A stretch of DNA of 64,000 bases from Octopus vulgaris (Eukaryota). Location of the stretch: contig OX597817.1 in the NCBI GenBank assembly GCA_951406725.2, positions 109,120,001-109,184,000 on the forward strand, read 5' to 3'. The notes beneath the pieces were generated by a model. That model was not told where the DNA came from. It made no database searches and worked only from the letters and a program-made list of their open reading frames with translations. Shown piece by piece: positions 54,091-64,000 of the stretch. Position numbers and translations under genes: made by a program. The stretch's first letter is position 1; every line of letters starts with the position of its first letter.

Positions 54091-55345
54091 CTGAGTTGGC
54101 AACTAAGTTCCCGTCGTTTTATTTTAATTTAAACTTTTTAAAAGGTTTAATAAAAAATAACTAATTAATCAATAATGTATTCATCCTTGTTTACAACTTC
54201 TTCCCAACGTTCAACAAGATTTCCAATATTTCGTTTGTTGAAATCACCGGATTTTGACTCGGAAAATTGATCCAGCCAAGCTCTCATTTCTGCGTCAGTA
54301 TTGAACGAAACTCTACGCATAGCATCTGAAAGAGATCGAAAGAGGTGGAAATCCGTTTGTGCCACATAAGGAGAGTACGGCGGGTGTGGCAGCCGTTCCC
54401 AGCCATGCGTTTGAATGGCTTTCTTGGTCATATTGGCGATATGATGGCGGGCGTTGTTACAGCAGAACTCCATAATTAGGTCTTTCCTCTTGAATAGACA
54501 TGTTGAGTCGTTTCATCTGTTGAACATAGAGTTCCGCGTCGACCGTTCAAGCAATTCGTAATGGATAATCCCTTCCCAATCCCACCATACGCACAACATC
54601 GTTTTACGCGGATGAAGATCTTGTTTCACGCGCGGTGTCGTTGTTTACCGGAGCTAAGCCATTCCTTACGCTGCTTCATATTGATGTACAGGCACTATTT
54701 TTCGTCGCCAGTAACGATTCTTTAATAAATTGTTACTTGTGTCCATGAGTTGAGCGGTGACGATCAAGGAAACTAGCGGAGATTGTGGCTCGTTGATTTT
54801 TGTTGTTGTCACTTAATGCTTGCGGAACCCATGCTCCATACTTCTGAACCTTTCCCATCGAGTGAAGATGCTTCTCTATAGCAGTGTGGGAGCATTCCAT
54901 TTTTTCTGCCAGTTCCCTTTGTCGTTTGATGAGAATTTTCGTGCAAATGTTGTTTTAATCGCTCTGCATCGAACTCAACTGGACGGCCAGAACGAGGTGC
55001 GTCTTTGAGGTTAATCTCCATTTTTAAACTTAGCATACCAATCACGAGCGGTTCTTTCAGCTTTGGTATCCTCTCTCTATACACAGCACAAATGTCGCGA
55101 GCAGATTTTGTGGCCTTAGAACCTTGATTAAAAAGGAGGTGTCGAGAATGCTCATTTTTCTTAATTTGACATTCCATTTTATGACCTGAAAATAAACAAA
55201 AATTAACTAAAATTAACTAGAAGAAAATAGATTCCAAAATAATTCAAAAATAGAATTCTCAAAAAAAAAAATAGATTCCAAAATTTAAAAACGCAATAAA
55301 TTCCAATATTTAAAAAAAGCGGCCGGAACTTAGTTGCCAACCCAA
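54091..55345 (-). mobile_element. Full-length mariner transposon (1255 bp) with TA target-site duplication
   Basis: TIRs TA|CTGAGTTGGCAACTAAGTTCC and GGAACTTAGTTGCCAACCCAA|TA. Confidence 0.95.
54165..55177 (-). pseudogene. Mariner DD34D transposase pseudogene
   Basis: HSRHLLF, DAPRSGRPVEFD, WVPQ, TGDEK*, NNARHH and LPHPPYSPYVAQTDFHLFRSL. It has frameshifts and stops, and the second catalytic D reads N. Confidence 0.92.
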
Positions 55346-55399
55346 TACATACACATGTAGTTTCGCCGTGGCTACCTTATTCAATCTGCCTTCTCCAAC

Positions 55400-56060
55400 G
55401 CCTGTGCCGTGGATTGTACCACAGCACCCACACTCCACGTCCAAAATTCCAGCTACTATATCCCCTTTTCCTTTATTATGCCTAACAGTAAACTGTTCTT
55501 AAAACGCAAAATCCTTCGCCTTTTCCACCATTTGTAACCTGACGATATCCACTTTTGCTCCCTTTCCCACTCTTCTGCTAGGTCCTTCCTTTAAGGCTGC
55601 CCGTAACCTTTGCAGTGTCATTTTCCATAGCTTTCTCTTCCACTCAGATCATCCTCCTCCCTGAATCCTCACCACGTCACACTATTGCATCTGCCATTAC
55701 CTCTTTGACACCAACACCCCTACCAGGTCCAACTAAAACATCTTTTACATTAAGAACTCACTCCACTTCACCTCTAGTAGCATTCAAATTTTCTGTTACT
55801 TAGTAATTTTTTTCTATGTCGCGCAATTCAGTCGCCGAATAAGTGACAGGTTCCCGGGGCGGTTTAAATATATCCGAATTGTCAACAGGTCACCTGCTCT
55901 AAATATTTTTGCTCTGCCGATCATTCCACCTTACACTTCTGGGTTTTTGGCGCGGGCAGCATCCCTAGCTACCTCAACTTTCATTTCCAGAAGGATCTTA
56001 CTTTCTCTTTCAAAATTAATACGCCTGTCAATCTGGATGAATCTTTTTCTCAATTCTTGT
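55400..56060 (+). mobile_element. Degenerate Neptune-like PLE (linker and GIY-YIG region)
   Basis: IPFSF...KRKILRLFHHL*PD, SFKAARNLCSVIFHS and FYVAQFSRRISDRF...YIR, resembling P..LTYHP, F+R..NL...LV.S and YIGQT.RRL.DRF.EH. Confidence 0.65.
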
Positions 56061-57188
56061 AATCTTTTCCACTCCTACTCTATCACTATATCCACCATCC
56101 CTTTGTCCCTTTCTCTCTCTCTAACAAGATGCTCCCATACATATCATTTACAGTCACACCTCCCCCAATAACTCCCTTTCACATCACCTTCATAACCATC
56201 TTTATACACCACCTGAAAGTAGCGATTCCTTTTTAGCTACCACCACGTAGGCCTTTCGAAACCGGTATTGACGACGCGGCTATCGTTGATCTGTAGTAGT
56301 TGCAAGTCAAATGTTGTAGGTAAAGTATACCGCGAAAGAACACGAGAAGGTTAGGTTTCTTGATAAGAAAATCTGGGTGTGATAGATAGTACCTTAACTG
56401 GGCGAAGAGGAACGGACGTGGGTGTGTGTGGTCTGGCACATGCTTCTGACTAGAGGAACAACTACTTACTCAAGATTTACTGAGTGGTGACCAACTAGTT
56501 TCAATAAGCAGAGATTGATAAGGAAGCTGTCAAGGACGTGGAAGAAAAGATGGAGCACATCTATAGGGAAAAGTTTAGAATGTGCTATTGAGCGACTTAA
56601 TGGAAATGTGACGTTTACTGAATGTTGTCTAGAATATATTTGTGCGTGACAGCTACTTCGTACCAGGTATAGGAATAGTGTTACATTGAGTGTCTCATTT
56701 TTCCTTCATAGAGAATTAGTAGTTGTTCGCTGATAAAATTTTTGCTGATCATGAAGTATGACACTTTCCATAATGCAGCATTTGAGGATATCCTTCCACC
56801 AAAAGGGATTCTTAGTGACACCATGGCCTAATATTGTAACGTACAGCTTCTAGCCGTGTATTCAAAAATGACTTGAAGACATACAAAATAATGCCGAGTT
56901 ATTTGGAAGCTTTCAACGGATTTCACTGCGTGTACTCAATGTTCCTTAGGAGTAAAACTAGCATAAAAAGTGGAAGTTACTTTATGGTGTTTGTTGGGTG
57001 CTTGCTGAGAAGGGGTTGGTTATAGGTAGTATAGCTGCTCTTCTCAAATGATCATATTTCAGTTGAGGAAGAAACAGAATTTACTGTCTGTTTGTGATAT
57101 ATATATATATATATATATATATTTTAAAAATGTAACCACATGTGTTTGTTCTTCGTTGATTTGGATTTACTATATATATATATATCAC

Positions 57189-57260
<72 letters not shown>

Positions 57261-57266
57261 ATAAAT

Positions 57267-57490
57267 GCGCCCTTTTAAAGCCTAGCCAGGCTCAAGGGAC
57301 CGGATCCCGGTTTCAATGGTGTATGTGTTCCCCAGCTGGACGGGACGCCAGTCCATCGCGGCGTTACTCATTTTTGCCAGCTGAGTGGACTGGAGCAACG
57401 TGAAATGAAACGTTTTGCTCAAGAACACAACGCGTCGCCCGGTCAAGGAATCGAAACCACGATCTTACGATCATGATGCTAACACCTCCA
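57267..57490 (-). mobile_element. tRNA-derived SINE with CORE-like segment
   Basis: B box GGTTTCGATTCC on the minus strand, then GTTGTGTTCTTGAGCAAAAC and the tail GATGGACTGGCGTCCCGTCCAG. Confidence 0.8.
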
Positions 57491-57499
57491 CACACACAA

Positions 57500-57530
<31 letters not shown>

Positions 57531-57559
57531 AACACACACACACACGCACACGCACACAC

Positions 57560-57640
<81 letters not shown>

Positions 57641-58364
57641 CACTTTACAACTTGATTGCAAATCACTGCTACTTGTTGACAGTGGATGGAATTCTTTCAC
57701 GTTATGTAGTCAACTTTTTCACTGGAAAAAAGGGTAGTATAACTTCGAGTGATTTATACGACTTGAGTGTATGAAAAATACACATCAATATGTTTCTAAA
57801 GTGTTCCCTCTCTTTTTCTGACTAAAACATATATGCATGAGTATGCAATTGGATTTCATACATGTGTGCACACTTGTCGGTTGTAAAGTAAACATTTTAA
57901 CCATTGAGCCGTGCTAGATATATTTTGTATAACGTGTTTTCAGCGTTTTGCAAACGGCTTTGTAAGGACACGATATCAAGAGCGGCAGTAGAACGAAACA
58001 GAACGTACAATGCTATTTAACAAACATACGACACATATACGTAAATGTTACTTTCTCTGATCGATGAGTAAATGCAGCTGTCGTTAATGTTTTCCGAATA
58101 TTACTAACATGGAAAACATAGACACACGCGAATACATGCACCCATCTGTTCAAATATGTGTGCGTCTATATATGTTTGAAGTATTTTTAGTAATATTCAA
58201 ATTCTTTTCCATTACTTAAATTGAAATAATTTGTTTCACAGTGATTCGAGCTTTTACGCAGATATGTGTGTGAGCTTTTATACTACCATTATTGAAATTC
58301 ACAAATTACTTAGTAGTGAATACACATATATCTGAAAAATAATTTCTGGCGTTAGCTTTATGTG

Positions 58365-58467
<103 letters not shown>

Positions 58468-58488
58468 AAACACACACTTTCTCTCTCT

Positions 58489-58531
<43 letters not shown>

Positions 58532-58719
58532 TAGATAGATAGATATATAGATAGATAGATAGATATATAGATAGATAGATAGTTAGATAGATAGAGAGAT
58601 AGATAGATATATGTATTTATGTGTGCATATTTGTATATATATATATATACATTCATACATATATATGCATGTTTGCATATATGTATATATACATGTGTGT
58701 GTACGTGTGTATGTTATAA

Positions 58720-58752
<33 letters not shown>

Positions 58753-58765
58753 TATACACATATAC

Positions 58766-58827
<62 letters not shown>

Positions 58828-58875
58828 ATATATATATACATACATGTACTTAAATATGTACGTATGTATGTATGT

Positions 58876-58907
<32 letters not shown>

Positions 58908-59904
58908 GCTAGTTTCTAACACTAGCATTCAAACGAAAGTTTTTATGAAACGTGTTCACAAATATCTAATGCTAATTATTCCTGAGTGTTATTTCCTCAG
59001 GCAGTTTTAAAAAGAACTAGAATATATAAATACTTGTTAAAACTAATTTTGTTATTTGGTTTTCTCTAAAATATTTCCAGTAATTCCATTGCTTAATAAC
59101 TGTTTCGCGTTTAGGTACAAGGTCCTGAAGTGCTAGTTAGTCAATGCCATCGGCCCCTGCCCTTGAGGAGTATTTCATTTCAACGACAGTGGAAGGTATA
59201 AAGAAGGCGATTGAACCCGTGATACTGCGAACTGAATATCTTCCATTATTTAACAATGATTTTCCATACAGTATGCAATGTATTTATATACTGTAGGACT
59301 CAATATCTAGCAATGGGGTTTTGACGAGTCGTGTCCGTAGCCTATTGTGTTTAGGCTACTCACCTGAAGTACTATTCTCTGCTCTATATTCAATCCATTT
59401 ACAAACACAGTCGCCTCAATGAATTTGCCGCATATCATAATATACAATGTTTTCTGCCTTTTTCAAGACAAAAATACATGTAATTAACTATTGGAAAGAA
59501 GTTAGCAAAATATTGAAACCAAATAGCAAGATGCGCCAAACGTCAGTAATGAATAACGAACTAATCGATTTTTTCATCTAAATACTAATATTTTTTCTTT
59601 GTTCTAGCGAAATTAACATACATATTCTCTACGATTAGATTCATGCAAAACTATACAAAAAGTAAAAATCTCTCTACTAGAACATGTCTATGCAGTACCT
59701 GAAGTGCTAAAAATTGCAACCAATATTTTATTAAATATCACCCAATCGTTACTATCTTAAAAATAAAACAACAAAAGCACTAGACGAAATACTTATAACA
59801 TAAACCTTCTCAAAGATACGGTAGCTAGTTGGTACCTGATTTGGAAATGCGCAAGAAAATTTACTACATACATACATACATACATATATATGTATGTATG
59901 TATG

Positions 59905-59964
<60 letters not shown>

Positions 59965-59993
59965 CGAGAAAGAAGCAACAAGAATGGATAGGT

Positions 59994-60084
59994 TTTTAGT
60001 ACAATCGTTTCATACAAGGACAGGCTTTATTAAAAGTTGCAAAAATTACAGCATATAAACGTGTCCCGTACTCATCAGCTAAAA
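59994..60084 (-). ncRNA. Type I hammerhead ribozyme with intact core and 60-nt stem II
   Basis: TTTTAG-CTGATGA-GTACGGGACA...TGTCCTTGTAT-GAAAC-GATT-GTA-CTAAAA. Stem I is 6 bp and the GUA cleavage site falls at 60000/59999. Confidence 0.85.
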
Positions 60085-60294
60085 TACATGTGAGTTCTCT
60101 AGACATCCTAGTGGTTGAGGCTATACTCATGAAGTAATGTAGATAATTAAGTAACATAAACAGATTTCCAAAGTTCATTAAAGTTCTTTAAAGATGATGT
60201 ACAGTCTTATCACAGAATTTTAAAAAAGTTTTAATAGCATCACAGAGAAGGTGACCTAATCCATAGTGCACATATGAATTTCCAGAGATATGAG

Positions 60295-60611
60295 TCGTGT
60301 CCGTAGCCTATTTTGTTTAGGCTACTCACCTGAAGTACTATTCTCTGCTCTATATTCAATCCATTTACAAACACAGTCGCCTCAATGAATTTGCCGCATA
60401 TCATAATATACAATGTTTTCTGCCTTTTTCAAGACAAAATACATGTAATTAACTATTGGAAAGAAGTTAGCAAAATAGTTAGCAGAAGTTATGTCATAAG
60501 TATTTCGTCTAGTGCTTTTGTTGTTTTAATTTTAAGATAGTAACGATTGGGTGATATTTAATAAAATATTGGTTGCAATTTTTAGCACTTCAGGTACTGC
60601 ATAGAAGTTAG
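60295..60611. repeat. Locally templated insertion (direct copy of 59329-59512 plus inverted copy of 59687-59810)
   Basis: Near-identical matches are readable directly. The insertion replaces 17 bp that are present in the other arm at 62818-62834. Confidence 0.9.
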
Positions 60612-61191
60612 CAGACGACAAATTTATTCATTGTTAATCACAACGAGGTGGGTCTCAATTCCTGCTTATTAGCATTACAAAGAGGGTGAATTAATCCTTT
60701 GTATAGATGCACAATTTCCAATGGTGTAGATGTAAATTTCCAGAGAAATGAAGGGGAATTTCATATTCACAGGCGATAAATTTATCAATGGTTGAACACA
60801 ATGAGGTAGGTATCGATTCTTGTTATATGATTAGGTATTTGCCACATTAATCACATTACTGCTATTTACAAGAGGCTGTAGCTATTTAACTTTTAAAGGC
60901 TGAAGGGCTTTCTAGAGAGGCAAAGAACAGAAAAGGGAAGGGAAGAGAAGAAAAGAGAGAAAATAAAGGAGGAGGGAGCAAAAAGGGGGGGAGGGGGACT
61001 AAAAGAGAAGAGAAAAGGAAAAAGAGAATAAGAAGAAGAAAAAGAAAAAAGAGAAAAGAGAAAGAAATAGGGAAAGAAGGGAAAAAAAAGAAAAAGAAAA
61101 AAAGAGGGTTCTAGTTATACAGAAGAATTAGTAGACGGCAAGTCTGGTTTTAATTTACAGGCATCTAGGAACTAGAGGAGAATATTATTCT

Positions 61192-61596
61192 TTGACCAGT
61201 AAAACAGCTGGTCTATGCGGGGAAAATAATGTAATCTATAAATGTACCATATCCACGGAGAATAACAAATATTTTTACATTGGATGTACAATTAATTTTC
61301 TAGCCAGAGTTAGAAATCACATCTCGTCTTTTAAATTACGTCATAAAGCTGGTACCACCACACTTTCAAACAAAATCTGGGAACTCAAAAATAATAATAA
61401 CAATTATAACCTTAATTGGGAAATAGTTAGGAGAGCAATTCCGTATAAAAATAGCAGGGTTGGTTGCCAACTATGCTCCATGGAGACGTATGAAATTCTA
61501 AAGCATAGAAAACATAGAAACTTATTGAATAACCATATCGAACTAGGTCAAGTTTGTGTCCACGCTAAATTGAAGACTTTAAAATATTTTAAATGA
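61192..61596 (+). CDS. GIY-YIG endonuclease domain of a Naiad-like PLE (uninterrupted; N-terminus truncated, no ATG)
   Basis: VIYKC...YIGCT..F.AR..NH..SF, T.LS..IW.LK, W.I, CQLCSME and LLN..E...CVH. The TTG start lies inside the inverted arm. Confidence 0.88.
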   Translation: MTSKTAGLCGENNVIYKCTISTENNKYFYIGCTINFLARVRNHISSFKLRHKAGTTTLSNKIWELKNNNNNYNLNWEIVRRAIPYKNSRVGCQLCSMETYEILKHRKHRNLLNNHIELGQVCVHAKLKTLKYFK

Positions 61597-63044
61597 TTAG
61601 AATATTCGTAACTAGATAGATAGATAGATATAACTTGATTTTTACTAGTATAGCACTGCTTTAAGTAGATAACTAAGAGTTCTCACACTACAGTTATCTT
61701 TTTCCTTATATCTGCATCAGTTTTTTGAGAACAGGGAAATGAATAGTACTTATACGCTGCTTAATTGAGGCTTTATTTAATTTCAAACTCATAATTTTAA
61801 ATCTTAATTTTAAATCTTAATTGTAATTTTTAATTTTAATTCTTAACTTAATCTAATTTAAGTGGCATAACTTTAATAAAATAAAATGAGTTACTAAAGC
61901 CCCATAATTCTATTTCAAAATTAAATAAATAAGGCTACTCCCTCGGTGATAATATGATTATCTTCATTATGATAGACAATTCCCTAACACCTTGTAAATG
62001 ATCTTCTAAGATTTGACCTGTAGTCCGTCAATGTATGAATAATAACGGCAACTCCTTAAGACAATAAAATGAATAAATTAAATAAATAAATTTTAATGAC
62101 TTTTTGATAAGATTATACTTAGATTTTCCTAATGTATTTTCTTTTGATTTTAGCCTCTGACCCCTAAACCCCTGACCGTGTTATCTCTTTAGATTCTCTT
62201 TAAATTCATAGCTGATTTCAACAGCAATAAATTAGCTGTTTTACTGGTCAAAGAATAATATTCTCCTCTAGTTCCTAGATGCCTGTAAATTAAAACCAGA
62301 CTTGCCGTCTACTAATTATTCTGTATAACTAGAACCCTCTTTTTTTCTTTTTCTTTTTTTCCCTTCTTCCCTATTTCTTTCTCTTTTCTCTTTTTCTTTT
62401 TCTTCTTCTTATTCTCTTTTTCCTTTTCTCTTCTCTTTTAGTCCCCCTCCCCCTTTTTGCTCCCTCCTCCTTTATTTTCTCTCTTTTCTTCTCTTCCCTT
62501 CCCTTTTCTGTTCTTTGCCTCTCTAGAAAGCCCTTCAGCCTTTAAAAGTTAAATAGCTACAGCCTCTTGTAAATAGCAGTAATGTGATTAATGTGGCAAA
62601 TACCTAATCATATAACAAGAATTGATACCTACCTCATTGTGTTCAACCATTGATAACTTTATCGCCTGTGAATATGAAATTCCCTTCATTTCTCTGGAAA
62701 TTTACATCTACACCATTGGAAATTGTGCATCTATACAAAGGATTAATTCACCCTCTTTGTAAAGCAGGAATTGAGACCCACCTCGTTGTGATTAACAATG
62801 GATAAATTTGTCGTCTGTGAGTATGTAATCCCTCCTCATATCTCTGGAAATTCATATGTGCACTATGGATTAGGTCACCTTCTCTGTGATGCTATTAAAA
62901 CTTTTTTTAAATTCTGTGATAAGACTGTACATCATCTTTAAAGAACTTTAATGAACTTTGGAAATCTGTTTATGTTACTTAATTATCTACATTACTTCAT
63001 GAGTATAGCCTCAACCACTAGGATGTCTAGAGAACTCACATGTA

Positions 63045-63133
63045 TTTTAGCTGATGAGTACGGGACACGTTTATATGCTGTAATTTTTGCAACGTTTAAT
63101 AAAGCCTGTCCTTGTATGAACATTGTACTAAAA
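63045..63133 (+). ncRNA. Hammerhead ribozyme, sense-strand copy with damaged core
   Basis: Same as 59994-60084, but reads GAACATTGTA instead of GAAACGATTGTA (2 nt missing). Confidence 0.7.
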
Positions 63134-63277
63134 ACCTATCCATTCTTGTTGCTTCTTTCTCGCTTATAATCACCCCACATTACTGTATTGTTAAAACAGT
63201 ATAGTTTTTTTGGTGCATCTAAGTTAGGTACCATATTCAAGTAAATTCATTTAAATTAACTTGAATCTTTATTGCTT

Positions 63278-63310
<33 letters not shown>

Positions 63311-64000
63311 ATTTATATTAATTCTTCGACTGTAGTGAGGAGTTCAGCGATGGTAGAAGAGACAATCCCGTATACTTTGATACATTCAATCTGTTTGAAC
63401 TAAAACTTTGCTCATAAAAGCATGAGGTTTAGTGCCATTGGCTAAACTGGACAAATCCAAAAATCGTAACGTCAATGGACAAATTAAGCTAGCCTTGTTC
63501 TTGTCATTATAGGTTTGATTTGCGCGCTTTCATCCATGAATATCATTTCGATTTTTTTTTACATCACTGAGAATCATAACCTTGATGTGAGGGTTTCATG
63601 CCTCCACTAGCAAAGACCTCAGGTCATTCTATTCTATTCAGCCATTTCTGAGGATTGTTGGACTTGCTCCGCTATTTCTAGCATGAAACCATTAGTTAAT
63701 TTTCCTATCAAGAAATTATCTTATGATTTCAGCATATACGAGCATATAGATTTTCCCTTGTTGATTCGTGATAATGATTCTGAAGAGGATGATGGTGATG
63801 AGATTGATGATGGAAATATCATCCATACAATTCATATTTCGATAGAATTATTGTAAACATTTATTACATTTCATGTAATAATAATGCCTTATTCAAATAT
63901 TGTGCAATAAAATTTTCGATGCAACAAAAATAGTAAATTCAAAGATAAAACTAAAATATAAAACTTTCGTGTTTTAATATATATTCACATCCTGAAATAA

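Larger units (their letters stand above)
59959..63168 (+). mobile_element. Young 5'-truncated Naiad-like PLE with an inverted copy of its 3' terminal repeat
   Basis: Left arm 59959-61209 (interrupted at 60295-60611) is the reverse complement of right arm 62234-63168, with about 10 differences by eye. The arms enclose a GIY-YIG ORF and each carries an HHR. Confidence 0.9.

Noticed and set aside
56205-56270. Possible HHR after the Neptune-like relic (CTGAAAG...CGAAACCGGTA)
   Set aside because: The CUGANGA box is incomplete and no consistent stem I or stem II could be built.
59996-60178. Identical MNFGNLFMLL... ORFs here and at 62951-63169
   Set aside because: The identity comes from the inverted repeat. 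The frames overlap the ribozyme, diverge at a 2-nt indel and show no protein motif.
61940-62010. Possible SECIS element downstream of the GIY-YIG ORF (ATGA...AA...TGA)
   Set aside because: The intervening helix pairs poorly and the retained ORF has no in-frame UGA.

Overview
An AT-rich, repeat-saturated eukaryotic window. The SINE families and the dense (TA)n/(CA)n/(ATT)n/(TAGA)n tracts look like Octopus DNA, which is an inference from recalled repeat sequences. No complete host gene is evident. Almost all ORF-track entries are microsatellite artefacts, and there is one candidate first exon at 5668-5795 (-). Recognisable content includes many tRNA-derived SINEs, four mariner-type elements, R4/Dong-like and RTE LINE remnants, a non-autonomous Helitron and an interstitial (CCCTAA)n-like array. 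The most notable component is a cluster of Penelope-like elements (PLEs): at least three distinct Naiad-like and one Neptune-like, with associated type I hammerhead ribozymes (HHRs). Highlights: (1) a young 3.2-kb element at 59959-63168 with an uninterrupted GIY-YIG domain between ~930-bp inverted arms, each carrying an HHR, plus a locally templated insertion in one arm; (2) tandem HHRs 359 nt apart at the 3' end of another Naiad-like element; (3) two unrelated HHR-bearing elements sharing a 49-bp terminus; (4) several long fold-back palindromes, one built from a U3-A8 variant HHR. All calls were made by eye, without database searches or folding software.
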